From the IMG/VR virus record IMGVR_UViG_3300049792_000048, positions 1 through 64,000 of that record: DNA of 64,000 nucleotides; one strand, 5' to 3'. Shown here piece by piece: positions 45,531 to 55,297 of the stretch. Under the pieces are notes generated by a model. It saw only the letters and a list, made by a program, of their open reading frames with translations, was not told the DNA's origin and did no database searches. Position 1 is the first letter of the stretch. Every line of letters starts with the position of its first letter. The position numbers and the translations under genes were made by a program. This DNA is from a virus (taxonomy: Duplodnaviria > Caudoviricetes).

Positions 45531-45832
45531 TCCTTCTTCTGCCCAACGAGCGGGAGAGCTTCCTCGACCTTCGCCGGGTTACCAGTGTTGATCACGATTC
45601 CGGACTGCGTGTCGATCTCGTAGGAGCAGTCGACGCAGCGGGCCACCGTACGAGGAAGCACGCTCTCCGCCGTGAACGTGCGGGCGGCCAGGTGCTGGTG
45701 CATCGCTCCGCCGCAGCGCGGACAGGGGGTCGAATACTTCGCAGCCCTCGCTGTCGCCAGAGGCGTCAGGATGTCGGGCTGTTTCTCGATCAGCTTTCGG
45801 CGGACGCTGAGCGGTAGCGTGCGGAGTCTCAT
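45527..45832 (-). CDS. Zn-ribbon protein
   Basis: CPRCGG...CVDC. Confidence 0.6.
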   Translation of the reverse strand: MRLRTLPLSVRRKLIEKQPDILTPLATARAAKYSTPCPRCGGAMHQHLAARTFTAESVLPRTVARCVDCSYEIDTQSGIVINTGNPAKVEEALPLVGQKKD

Positions 45833-45850
45833 TTTGTTAGCATGCCATGT

Positions 45851-46402
45851 ATGAAGAAGGTCTGCACCGGATGTCTACGTCTTCTTCCACGAAAAGACTT
45901 CTGGGCTAACAAGACTCGTCCTGATGGCCTCCAGTTTCGATGCAAGCGCTGTCACACAGCGAGGATGCTCGCTCTGAGGGAGAAGTGGAGGAAGGGCTCC
46001 GGAACTGTATTCCCGACGAGCAAGACATGCCGGCGATGTACTCAACTGAAGAGCCCCGAGCATTTCCATAAGAATCAGTTTTCTCCGGATGGGCTGTGCA
46101 CGTACTGCAAGTTGTGCATCAAGGAAATGCATACGAAGAAAAACTATCGGGCCGCGAACCGTTTGTCGCAGTACGGGCTCACAGAAATCGCTTATGAGAA
46201 GATGAAGAAGCGAGCAAAGGGCAAGTGCGAGATCTGCCAGGAGCCCTTCAAGAAAAGCCCTTCGATCGATCATTGTCACAAGAGTCAGAAGGTGCGTGGG
46301 CTGCTTTGTCGACGCTGCAACCTCGGACTTGGTCAGTTTCAGGACAACTTGACTACTCTTCGTCGTGCTCTCGTGTATCTGCATAAAAATACGGTAGGCT
46401 AG
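45851..46402 (+). CDS. endonuclease VII-family homing endonuclease with two N-terminal Cys repeats
   Basis: KxCxxC..F..DGL..CKxC twice; YGLT..CEIC..IDHCH..VRGLLCRRCN.GLG; visibly AT-richer. Confidence 0.9.
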   Translation: MKKVCTGCLRLLPRKDFWANKTRPDGLQFRCKRCHTARMLALREKWRKGSGTVFPTSKTCRRCTQLKSPEHFHKNQFSPDGLCTYCKLCIKEMHTKKNYRAANRLSQYGLTEIAYEKMKKRAKGKCEICQEPFKKSPSIDHCHKSQKVRGLLCRRCNLGLGQFQDNLTTLRRALVYLHKNTVG

Positions 46403-46410
46403 CGACGTCC

Positions 46411-49400
46411 ATGGCGATTCCGACATCAGCTACTTGGAACATCGCAGACTTCAACGTCTCCACGATGCCTCTCCTGCTCGGGCTTGGTCCGTCGGACCTT
46501 TCGCTTGTGCCTGGAGCCGCTCCGTACTTCACGTACGACGCAGATCGCCAGGTCCTCGTCGTTGCGAGTGATGATGGCACCGCCGCCTATGCCGACTTCA
46601 ACGTCGCGATGCCGGCCGAGTACACGATCGACTTCGTGGTTCGCTTCCCGTCGTTGCCTCAGGATGTAGCCGACCTCTCGGACCACCACGCCGGCATCCA
46701 GCTCGCAGATGATGCTGGTCGCGGCGTCGCCATCTACTTCTCTCAGACCGGAATCGCGATTGCTCGCATCGACGACTTCGGCAGCGTCGCTCCTCTACCG
46801 GACAGCACTACCTACACGGAAGAGATCGCAACGTTCTTCCATCGAGTTCGTGTTGCAGTGAACTCGGGAGCAGGGCGTGCCTATGTCTTCATCGGCAGGG
46901 AGAGCGACCCGTTCCCTCCTCTCCGCTTCATTCTGCCTGTGGAGGCAACTCCTCCGGGCGTGAACGATCGCTTCCGCATCGTTGCGAAAGGAACCCCTTC
47001 GCAGCCGGTGTCGATCGAGTACCGCATCATCGAGGTCGCGGGAGCTCTGCTTCTGCCGAATCTTCCGCCAGTCGCGAACCCGGGGGCAGACCGCGTCATC
47101 GCGGCAGGCAACTCAGCCCGTCTGGATGCACGTGCCAGCTTCGACCCCGAAGGCGCCCCGCTCTCCTACCGGTGGCTCGCGATCGATGCTCCGTACCGAT
47201 CACAGTTCGCATACGACGCTTCCTCGGGCTCGACCGTGGATGATGGCGACACGGATGGGGTGACCCACCTGCTGTCCTTCCCACCGTCATCGCTCCCGGC
47301 GTGGGTGGCTCACGGAGACGTTCTGATCATCGCGGGGACGAGGCACGTCATCGACACCGTGAACAACGGTGCAGGGACGCTTCTGGTCGAGACCGACACG
47401 ATTCCCGACAACCTCACCGGCACTCCGTTCCGCATCATCCGACAGAGCGTGCTCATCGGAGAGACCACGGAGACCCCGATTGTTGTCCCCGACATCCCTG
47501 GCATCTATCGATTCACTCTCGTCGTGAACGATGGTGAAGTCGACTCCGAGGAGGCTGAGGTGCTGGTGAACGTCGTCGGAGCGCGAGCTCCGCTTGGCGT
47601 AGAGCCTTCGGTGGAGTTCCTCTGGGATGTGCTCGGCGACGAGTGGCGCCTGGTCGAGAACAAGGAGATCTTCACAGAGTTCTGGCGGGGCACGACTCAG
47701 ATCTTGGGAGCTCGCCTTCTGGAGGTCTGGCAGCACCACTACAACATGAGTCTCCGTGATGCCCAGCGAGTCTTCCAGAGGAAGTGGATGGCTTTCCGGA
47801 CGATGATTGCGGAGACGCTGCCCGACTTCGCCACCATCAGCCCGCGCTACGGCAAGCTCGAAGGTACCCACGACTTCAACACGGGGCCGGTGTCTGTCTC
47901 GGGCTCGACGATCGTGATCGAGACTCCGAATGTCGATGATACCTTCACTCAGCGGGAGATAACCCTCGGCTCTGGAACGCTGTCGGCTGTACTCGCGAGC
48001 TTGACCGCAGGCCTCGCCGGTCTCGACATTCAGGCCTACAGCGTGGTGGATGGTCCGAAGCTGCTCTTGCTGCTGAGCTCGGAGACGCTCGCCTTCAGGC
48101 TGGGTCTGACCTCTTCGGCTGCGGCAGTGTTGGGAATCCCGACGGGGGTCTACAACTACTTGAGTGGCGTTCGTGGTGCGAAGGTCACTGACAACACCTA
48201 CCGCGTCGACAACGGAGTCGACTTGATCGCCCAGGGTGTGAAGCATGGCGACCTGTTGGTGTTGAACAACGGTCAGTCCTTTCGGATCGACCGTGTGCTG
48301 AACGACCCGCGTGATACTGGCATCAATCAGCGACTACTGCTGGTCGATCCACTTCCTTTCGATGCAACGAACGTCTGGGAGATCCCGAGCGTTCTCACAA
48401 GCGTGGAGATCGACTACGAGGTGGGGGGCTCCTATCCGGGCGACTTGATCAAGGTGGAGTCGTTCGACCCGCGAACAAATACCTTCATCGACCACAAGGG
48501 CTACGTCGTCGCTCAAAAGGGAACCGTCGTCGCTGGGAACTTGGACGGCCTCTTCGCTGTGTTGCAGGACCCTCTGTTCGAGCTTCGCTGGCTAGGCGTG
48601 AAGCGTCGCAAGGGCGTCGAGCTGCCTGTCGATGTGGTGGGCATCCCACGTCTTCAGGACATCATCCCGAAGAGCCAGAACCCGACGATGTGGCTGGAGA
48701 ACATCGACTACGTCTTGGAGCCCTTCTACCGGGCCGACCTGGAGCAGCCAATCCCCCAGCTTCAGTTCCGGGATGAGGTCTTCATCATCCCGGACATCGA
48801 GCCTCCAGACATCCTCTGGGCCGAGCTCGTCAACTTCAGCAACGACCAGAACATCGAGGACCTCTTCGGTCGTCTGGTGGGCTTCCTGCGCGAGGATGCT
48901 GCTCCTCTTGGGGAGAACTTCTCGTATCTGAGCGGTACTGCGGGATTGATGTACGCGATGCAGCGTGGCCCGACCCCCTATGCGATGCGGGTCGGCGCTC
49001 AGATCCTCTTCGGTCAGCCCTTCGCTGAGGTCGCTGGCTTCGTCACAGAAGTTCGAGACGACTACAGTCCCGAGTTCTCGCGCATCCTCATCCAAGATGA
49101 TGATGGCAACGTACCATCGCGGTCTGAGATCATCCGCAGCTATGTCTATCGCAAGGACCCTCTCGACCCGTCAGAGACTTCCGGGCTCGAAGTGAATCCG
49201 GTGACCGGGGTCCCGTACGTCGTGGGTGACCGCATCGAGCAGTTTGCCCCCATCGGAACCGGCATCCGGATCGAGGACTACAAGAACAACCCGAAGTGGT
49301 TCATCCCGTTCGTGAGCTCGGGTCTGCTTACGGAACTGGAGAAGTTCTTCTACTTCCTGGTCACGTTCAACCTGGACCTCGTGTCCTTGGCGAACATCGC

Positions 49401-49863
49401 TCTGATCTCTCAGCTCATCTTGCGCATCAAGCCGACGTACACGCACCCGATCCTTTTGGGGGCAAAGGATGTCGTGGATGATGTCGACGTTGTCGATGTC
49501 CTGAACATGGGCGTCACCCTCCACCTCTACGACAGCGCATGTGGCTCGGGTCGGGCGTTCATGTACGACGACTATCGGGGCGACGGTACGATCTGGTCGA
49601 GCTTCGATGATGGCGTCACTTGGTACGACGGCTACGTCGACTGCCCCCAGGACTGGATTCAGTTCTGCCTCGTCATGGCGTGGCCGGGTGGCCCCATCAC
49701 CTACGACTCGGTTTTCTTCCTCGATATTGACGTCACCGACATCGATGGAGCATTCACTGGGATCCCCGGGGACACATTCACCCCGACCTATGATATGACT
49801 CTCCCAGCAGGGACGTATGAGGTCTGCCCCGTGATCGACCCCGGAAACCAGGTACTGCCGTGA
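46411..49863 (+). CDS. baseplate wedge protein with PKD domain
   Basis: PPVANPGAD..LDARASFDPEG.PLSYRW..PGIYRFTLVVNDG; C-terminal GPT...IKPTYT wedge motif. Confidence 0.7.
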   Translation: MAIPTSATWNIADFNVSTMPLLLGLGPSDLSLVPGAAPYFTYDADRQVLVVASDDGTAAYADFNVAMPAEYTIDFVVRFPSLPQDVADLSDHHAGIQLADDAGRGVAIYFSQTGIAIARIDDFGSVAPLPDSTTYTEEIATFFHRVRVAVNSGAGRAYVFIGRESDPFPPLRFILPVEATPPGVNDRFRIVAKGTPSQPVSIEYRIIEVAGALLLPNLPPVANPGADRVIAAGNSARLDARASFDPEGAPLSYRWLAIDAPYRSQFAYDASSGSTVDDGDTDGVTHLLSFPPSSLPAWVAHGDVLIIAGTRHVIDTVNNGAGTLLVETDTIPDNLTGTPFRIIRQSVLIGETTETPIVVPDIPGIYRFTLVVNDGEVDSEEAEVLVNVVGARAPLGVEPSVEFLWDVLGDEWRLVENKEIFTEFWRGTTQILGARLLEVWQHHYNMSLRDAQRVFQRKWMAFRTMIAETLPDFATISPRYGKLEGTHDFNTGPVSVSGSTIVIETPNVDDTFTQREITLGSGTLSAVLASLTAGLAGLDIQAYSVVDGPKLLLLLSSETLAFRLGLTSSAAAVLGIPTGVYNYLSGVRGAKVTDNTYRVDNGVDLIAQGVKHGDLLVLNNGQSFRIDRVLNDPRDTGINQRLLLVDPLPFDATNVWEIPSVLTSVEIDYEVGGSYPGDLIKVESFDPRTNTFIDHKGYVVAQKGTVVAGNLDGLFAVLQDPLFELRWLGVKRRKGVELPVDVVGIPRLQDIIPKSQNPTMWLENIDYVLEPFYRADLEQPIPQLQFRDEVFIIPDIEPPDILWAELVNFSNDQNIEDLFGRLVGFLREDAAPLGENFSYLSGTAGLMYAMQRGPTPYAMRVGAQILFGQPFAEVAGFVTEVRDDYSPEFSRILIQDDDGNVPSRSEIIRSYVYRKDPLDPSETSGLEVNPVTGVPYVVGDRIEQFAPIGTGIRIEDYKNNPKWFIPFVSSGLLTELEKFFYFLVTFNLDLVSLANIALISQLILRIKPTYTHPILLGAKDVVDDVDVVDVLNMGVTLHLYDSACGSGRAFMYDDYRGDGTIWSSFDDGVTWYDGYVDCPQDWIQFCLVMAWPGGPITYDSVFFLDIDVTDIDGAFTGIPGDTFTPTYDMTLPAGTYEVCPVIDPGNQVLP

Positions 49864-50510
49864 GCAAAGCTGCGAAGAAGTTCCTGATGCTCCCGCCCGA
49901 TGCCATCATCGGACTGGTCAACATTGAGTTGGATGTCCGTGAACGCGGCAAGATCGTGCAGCGTTCACGCTCACACAACATCGTCACGAACATCGGTCGG
50001 CAGATGCTGGCCGAGGTCATCGTCTCGGACACTCCGGCTCCGGTCATCACGCGGCACCAGAACACGGTCATCCGCTACATCGGCTTCGGTATCGGCGGCA
50101 GTCGACAGAACTCGTCGATTGCGAACTCGCCGCCCTTCAGCACCGACTACCCGGGTGTCAACACCCAGACCGACACCAACCTTGCCGTCACCGGACTCCA
50201 GCGTCCGGTGAAGGTCACGAGCGCTCCGTTGTGGGTACGTGAGATCACAGCCCCTTCGAGCTTCCCCACCGCCACCTCGGTGCGCTTCACCGCAATCTTC
50301 TCGGAGACCGACATCAACTTCGGATCGTATGCCAGCGTCCCGCTCTCCGAGATCGGCCTCTTCACGAGTGCCGCAAACCCGGCCCTGCCGAACGGTGCGA
50401 GCGGTTCGTACCCCGGTGCCGGTGGCCTCATGGCCGCCTACGACACCTTCAACACGATCCACAAGTCCGGCCTCTTCAGTATCGAAGTGCGCTGGGAGTA
50501 CCGTTTCTGA
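49860..50510 (+). CDS. tail-collar/baseplate fibre-attachment protein
   Basis: HNIVTNIGR..YIGFGIGG..SEIGLF..F.TIHK..IEVRWEYRF. Confidence 0.65.
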   Translation: MSKAAKKFLMLPPDAIIGLVNIELDVRERGKIVQRSRSHNIVTNIGRQMLAEVIVSDTPAPVITRHQNTVIRYIGFGIGGSRQNSSIANSPPFSTDYPGVNTQTDTNLAVTGLQRPVKVTSAPLWVREITAPSSFPTATSVRFTAIFSETDINFGSYASVPLSEIGLFTSAANPALPNGASGSYPGAGGLMAAYDTFNTIHKSGLFSIEVRWEYRF

Positions 50511-50519
50511 GGAGCGCAC

Positions 50520-52796
50520 ATGTCCTTCTTCACCTCCGCACAGCTCTTCGGTGACAACGCGGGCTACGGCACGCAGGTGCCGATCAGCATGTCCAACCCC
50601 GCCGGCTACGGTGCAGCGAACCGTGGCATCGGCTTCGGGGAGCAGCTCTCGTCAGCGATCGCGAACCGCTCCCACTACGCTCTCGGACTGAACACCGACG
50701 ACTTGAACACACGTCTTGCGTTGTTCGAGACTGGTGGCCTCGATGCGGCGTACGACCAGGGTGTCGTCGCTGTCGCCGGCGGCGGTCGTGTCATCACCAA
50801 GGATGGCGGAGCTGTCGAGACACAATCCTCTCTCGCTGCGATGTTCGCCGACGACATCGCCAACGCTCACTTCCGAGCCAACGCGATGGGGGATGTCGTT
50901 CCTGGTGGAGGCTTCGACTTCAAGGGGACGAGGGAGACCGTCGATCCGGCGTACGGATTCCTGGCGCGGGTGAACTCCGTCGCCGCGCTCGTCAACAGCA
51001 ACATCAGCTACCTCGAAGCTGCGACGCTCAATCCGGGAGGCCTCGGCACCGATCTTCTGCGTTTCACTTCCGCCACTGCATACACGAGCACGGACACCGA
51101 CGTTCAGCTCGACTTCGACATGGTGGAGATCAGTGGAGCCTCCGTGGGGGTCAACGGCCTCTACTACATCCACACATTCGGTCCGGCGGCATCGGACTTC
51201 CATCTCCGTAAGATCGACGGGTCTTCCCCCACGTTCGGGTCCGGGGTCGCAGTCTCGGTGCGTCTCTTCCGCGCATCGTTCATGTCGCCGGCGAACATGC
51301 CTTCGGGAGGTTTCGGCGCCATGGTCGCCGCCGTCGAGGGCAACCAGGCCGCTCTCGCGATCTTCACCCACGACTACAACGGCTACCTCGGTACCGGCAC
51401 CGACAAGGCCATCGAGTTCCACGCTCGCACCAAGACGGGTGCCAACCTCACCGCAGGCTCGATCACGGGCTTGGCTCAGCTTCGCTCGTCGCTGAGTTCG
51501 GCGTATCTCGACGTCAATGCTGATGTGGAGATGCGGCTCCTCGGTGGCATCGCGAACATGATCTTCGACCACTCTGGTGCAGCTGCGGGCTCGCACGAGG
51601 CTGGTCTGATCTTCAAGGACTCCCTCAATGCTGTCACCTCTCGCGCCGCAGCCGAGAACTGGCAGCGCATCACCGAGACCACGGTTCTCGGCATCAACCC
51701 ATCGATCAACGGCACGTTCGCTTCTCCAGCGGGACGCATTCTCCTGCCGGACTCGGACGGCACTCCGGCGGCCCCGACGGGCCAGCTGAAGTGGGTATGG
51801 CCTCTCGTGCTGGTCCCTGGAGTGACCGTCGTCGAGATGCTCACCGGCTCGAATGCGGGTCAGTTCTACTTGCTGAACCGCTGCACGCTGACGGGCGCAA
51901 GTAGTGTGGATCCCGTCGCCGACGAGTTCCGTGTCACCGATCTCGATGGCGGTACTCCCATCCTGCCGACGTCGGGTGCCTTCACGTTCCGCTTCCTGGG
52001 CCGCGACATGTTCGGCTTCAAGATGCCGGCATCGCAGCTCAAGAGCAGCCCGGATCCCGTCGTCGTGGCGAACGACCCGGTGTCGTACGGTCACGTGTTC
52101 GGTCAGAGCACCACCACGGCTACGAGGAAGCGTGGTGCCGGCTTCACGGGAGCTCTCGCCGGCTTCAGTGTCGATCAGACCGCCGCCGCCGGCGATCTCT
52201 ATCTCCAGGAGAACTGGTTCCTCGACATCGATGGCGAGTTCCGCACGAAGGGCCGCATCCACACCGCCGGCCTGACGCTGACGACGGATCCCGTCATCAC
52301 GATCCCGGAGACTGACACCGATATCCACCTCGACCTCAGCCTCGGGCAGTCCGAGGAAGATGCTGCTGGTGCACCGTACTGGCGTTGGGATCGTACGAAC
52401 CAGCGCTGGGAACTCATCACGCTCGGTGGTGGCGGTGATTCGGCGCTGTACATCCCGATCACCTTCAGCGGTGTCCTTCGGTTCACCACGGTGCAGGCCT
52501 TCGCAAGCTCCGGCAGTTCGCACAGCGTACTCGCCGCGCTGCGCATCACGGCCCCGGCTTGGGGTACCCCCGGTACTCCGCCGACGGTCACGAACGCAAA
52601 CGAAGCCACCATCGTTCTCGGCAACGGGGTATGGGGCGAGAACTTCATCACCCACGGTGGTGGTGGGACCACGGTTTCGCATGAGACTGCCGGATACGCG
52701 ATCCGCATCCGTGGTCAGCGGGTCGGTGACCGGCTACAGGCAGTGAAGTGCCAAGTGCGCTACGGCGAAATCGGGCCGGGCGGGATGGGAACTTGA
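50520..52796 (+). CDS. tail fibre / receptor-binding protein
   Basis: GEQLSSAIANR..L..NTDDL attachment motif; Gly/Ala/Thr-rich; end of baseplate cluster. Confidence 0.6.
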   Translation: MSFFTSAQLFGDNAGYGTQVPISMSNPAGYGAANRGIGFGEQLSSAIANRSHYALGLNTDDLNTRLALFETGGLDAAYDQGVVAVAGGGRVITKDGGAVETQSSLAAMFADDIANAHFRANAMGDVVPGGGFDFKGTRETVDPAYGFLARVNSVAALVNSNISYLEAATLNPGGLGTDLLRFTSATAYTSTDTDVQLDFDMVEISGASVGVNGLYYIHTFGPAASDFHLRKIDGSSPTFGSGVAVSVRLFRASFMSPANMPSGGFGAMVAAVEGNQAALAIFTHDYNGYLGTGTDKAIEFHARTKTGANLTAGSITGLAQLRSSLSSAYLDVNADVEMRLLGGIANMIFDHSGAAAGSHEAGLIFKDSLNAVTSRAAAENWQRITETTVLGINPSINGTFASPAGRILLPDSDGTPAAPTGQLKWVWPLVLVPGVTVVEMLTGSNAGQFYLLNRCTLTGASSVDPVADEFRVTDLDGGTPILPTSGAFTFRFLGRDMFGFKMPASQLKSSPDPVVVANDPVSYGHVFGQSTTTATRKRGAGFTGALAGFSVDQTAAAGDLYLQENWFLDIDGEFRTKGRIHTAGLTLTTDPVITIPETDTDIHLDLSLGQSEEDAAGAPYWRWDRTNQRWELITLGGGGDSALYIPITFSGVLRFTTVQAFASSGSSHSVLAALRITAPAWGTPGTPPTVTNANEATIVLGNGVWGENFITHGGGGTTVSHETAGYAIRIRGQRVGDRLQAVKCQVRYGEIGPGGMGT

Positions 52797-52798
52797 AC

Positions 52799-52996
52799 AT
52801 GAAGCTCGTCGTCGTCCAGTGCAGCACCCCGGACTGCACCAACACCTTCGATCACTCCGACTCGCTTTCGGAGGACGAGCTCGTCGAGCACGTCTTCCAG
52901 AACGGCTGGACCAAGAACGCCGATGGCACCTGGAGCGGCTGCTCCAAGGCCGAGGCATGTCCCTGTGTCGTGAAGTCGAAGAAGGAGAAGTCATGA
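52799..52996 (+). CDS. small Cys-containing protein
   Basis: CSTPDC...GW...CPC. Confidence 0.5.
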   Translation: MKLVVVQCSTPDCTNTFDHSDSLSEDELVEHVFQNGWTKNADGTWSGCSKAEACPCVVKSKKEKS

Positions 52997-53505
52997 ATCC
53001 CTTGGACATCCTCTACTGCTGGCAGGCCGTTCTCGTCGCATGCTCAGCCACGGGCTTGACTCAGCTCGTCAAGGTCACCCTCGATGTCCTGCTCGGCCAC
53101 ACCGACGTGATCCCGACGCCCACGCTCAAGGACATGACGGCCGTGGGTAAGGATGTCCGCAAGCGCAACATGATCCTGAACAAGATCGTATTCCCGGGAC
53201 TGCCCATCGTGTTCGGTGTGCTTTGCGCGATCATCGTGCCGGCTCGTCCAGACTCCATCACGGCCTTCGTCACCGAGAAGGGCATCGTCGGCTGGGGAGC
53301 CACTCTCATCTACGCAAGCTGGGGTGGCGCCTGTGGCCAGTTCGCGGACTACATTTTCAGCAAGGTGAAGGGCGTCATGGAAGCCCTTGCTCCGAAGACG
53401 ACGACAAAGACGGAGACGGCAGTCGTTGCTGTCGCTGAGGTCGTCGCCACCGTCGAACCACAAGATGTGGTCCCGCCCGAAGAGGGCGCGGGCTCGGGGA
53501 ACTGA
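52993..53505 (+). CDS. holin-like membrane protein
   Basis: Three hydrophobic segments; AAGGAG SD; start of lysis-like cassette. Confidence 0.55.
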   Translation: MNPLDILYCWQAVLVACSATGLTQLVKVTLDVLLGHTDVIPTPTLKDMTAVGKDVRKRNMILNKIVFPGLPIVFGVLCAIIVPARPDSITAFVTEKGIVGWGATLIYASWGGACGQFADYIFSKVKGVMEALAPKTTTKTETAVVAVAEVVATVEPQDVVPPEEGAGSGN

Positions 53506-53507
53506 AC

Positions 53508-53846
53508 ATGGAGTCGCTCAAAAAGGCCTGGGAGTGGGTGAAGCTGCACTGGCAGTGGATCCTGTTCCCCGTCGGTATCGTCCTCTTCGTCATCGGGCGC
53601 ATCAGCACCCAGCGTGACGTCATCACGGTCGACCCGACGGCCAAGGCCGACGACCGTGCCAAGGTGGAAGAGGAGACCCGCCGTCAGCAGCAGGCGGCAG
53701 CTGATGCCCAACTCCGAGCTCAGCTCGATGCTGTACGTGCCGAGCACGCTCAGAAGCTCCAGCAGCTCACAAGCGAGCAGCTCGACCACGCTGCGACGCT
53801 CGAAGAGGATCCCGAGGCCCTGAACAGCTGGCTGAAGTCGCTGTGA
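53508..53846 (+). CDS. i-spanin-like protein (N-terminal TM plus coiled coil)
   Basis: WILFPVGIVLFVIG then Ala/Gln heptads. Confidence 0.5.
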   Translation: MESLKKAWEWVKLHWQWILFPVGIVLFVIGRISTQRDVITVDPTAKADDRAKVEEETRRQQQAAADAQLRAQLDAVRAEHAQKLQQLTSEQLDHAATLEEDPEALNSWLKSL

Positions 53847-54331
53847 GGGCCCTATCGGTCCTTCTGGTGGTTCTGCTGATTGCGGCCCCTGTACAGGCCC
53901 AGGAGGGCGCTCCGGTGCCCGAGGGGGACGTGGATGTCCCGACAGGCCCCGATGTCATCGTGGTGGCACGGGAGGGCGTGGCTGCTCCCTTCACGGGGCA
54001 GCTCTTCGACCAAGCCACGGCCCTGCGCTGGGGAAATCGGCTCGTCCGCTACCGGATGCGCATCCATCTCCTCGAAGAGGAGCTGAACATGACCAGGGCG
54101 GCGTATGACGCCTCGATCGCTCAGCGTCTCGATCTCCAAGCTCAGTCCTATGGCCGGGAGATCGACGGGCTGAGGACCGACCTTCGAGATCAGGCGACGA
54201 GGTACGAGAGCGAGCTGGCGCGGTACAGGAACCAGCCGTTCTGGGAGTCCTGGGGCTTCGCGTTCGGCATGGGCGCTCTCGTCGTCGCGATCGTCGTTGC
54301 GGTCGTTGGGGCTGCCATCTTCGCGCACTAG
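53843..54331 (+). CDS. secreted coiled-coil protein with C-terminal hydrophobic helix (spanin-partner-like)
   Basis: Signal peptide ending VQA-QE, coiled coil, WGFAFGMGALVVAIVVAVVGAAIF. Confidence 0.5.
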   Translation: MRALSVLLVVLLIAAPVQAQEGAPVPEGDVDVPTGPDVIVVAREGVAAPFTGQLFDQATALRWGNRLVRYRMRIHLLEEELNMTRAAYDASIAQRLDLQAQSYGREIDGLRTDLRDQATRYESELARYRNQPFWESWGFAFGMGALVVAIVVAVVGAAIFAH

Positions 54332-55008
54332 CTCTTGTAGATGTTGTAGACCTTGCGATAGAGCGGGTCCTGCAACACTGCATGCGTGCGGATGTCGATG
54401 GCCTTCATCTTCAGCCGATTCATGATGTCGTCACGGAACGGCCACATGAAGTAGTACGCCGAGCCCGTGAACTCGTTGGCGTAGAAGGTGTAGTCCGCCT
54501 CCACGAACTCGCCGCCTGTCCAGTAGCGGATGGCCATCATCATGGCGTAGCCGCGTAGCTCGACATCACGCCGGCTCGGAGACGGCAGAGGCAGAAGGGC
54601 GAGCAAGAAGATCAGCGCGAGGAGGAACCAGGGGCTCCAGAGCGCAATCAATGCGAAGAGGGCGAGCGCCGCCAAAATCTGCGGAAACGCGTTGCGCAGA
54701 AACATGAGCACTACACCATCTTTCTGCGCCTCCTTCATGTGGACGAGCTCGTGGGCGAGGACCCCGGCGACTGCCTCCTGATTGTCGAGGAGGTACTGGC
54801 GAGAGGGGATGTACACCGTGGCTCCTGCGGTCGTCGTGAACCGCGTCATGAAGCCCTTGTTGAAGAGCTGGGCGAAGAGGTTGAGGAACTTCATCCAGTC
54901 CGATTCGTTCTTGAACGTGAGCTCGAACCCGGGGATCTCCTCGTCGCAGAGGTCGATCATGCCGAGGAGTCTCTTGTTCGTGATGCCATCGATCATGGGC
55001 TTCATCAT
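54328..55008 (-). CDS. membrane-associated zincin-like metallopeptidase
   Basis: FTTT.G.TVY, VLAHELVH (HExxH), TM hairpin, ELRGY. Confidence 0.7.
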   Translation of the reverse strand: MMKPMIDGITNKRLLGMIDLCDEEIPGFELTFKNESDWMKFLNLFAQLFNKGFMTRFTTTAGATVYIPSRQYLLDNQEAVAGVLAHELVHMKEAQKDGVVLMFLRNAFPQILAALALFALIALWSPWFLLALIFLLALLPLPSPSRRDVELRGYAMMMAIRYWTGGEFVEADYTFYANEFTGSAYYFMWPFRDDIMNRLKMKAIDIRTHAVLQDPLYRKVYNIYKS

Positions 55009-55021
55009 GTCTCCTGAGAGG

Positions 55022-55066
55022 GGCAAAAGAAACGGGGCACTACGACGAATCGTAGCACCCCATTTC
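55022..55066 (-). terminator. intrinsic terminator with UUCG loop
   Basis: GAAATGGGGTGCTACGA-TTCG-TCGTAGTGCCCCGTTTC then TTTTGCC. Confidence 0.85.
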
Positions 55067-55072
55067 CCCCCA

Positions 55073-55297
55073 TCACGTCTCGTGGACGTGCTGCATGATC
55101 TCGGTGAGGAGCTTGCCGCGCTCCGCTTGCACTTTTTGGACGTTGATGCCGACCTGGTAGGCGAGACCTACCAGGTCCTGCATCGACATCTCACGCAGCT
55201 CCTCAACCGAGAAACTGATGAGCTGGTCGGCGTCGAGTGGTGTCAGCCCTTCAATGGCTGCTGCAACATCGACTTGCGGAGCCGACGGCTCGCTCAG
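55073..55297 (-). CDS. 74-codon ORF with no canonical start at its 5' end, Rho-N/HeH-like; probable -1 frameshift extension of upstream gene
   Basis: LSEPSAPQVDV..EELREMSMQDLVGLAYQVGI..RGKLLTEI; fills gap exactly between upstream stop and terminator. Confidence 0.6.
   Translation of the reverse strand: MSEPSAPQVDVAAAIEGLTPLDADQLISFSVEELREMSMQDLVGLAYQVGINVQKVQAERGKLLTEIMQHVHET

Noticed and set aside
19279-52682. Long antisense ORFs (e.g. 19279..20883, 26392..28308, 42841..44322, 50652..52682)
   Set aside because: Shadow frames of real high-GC genes; no motifs or ribosome-binding sites.
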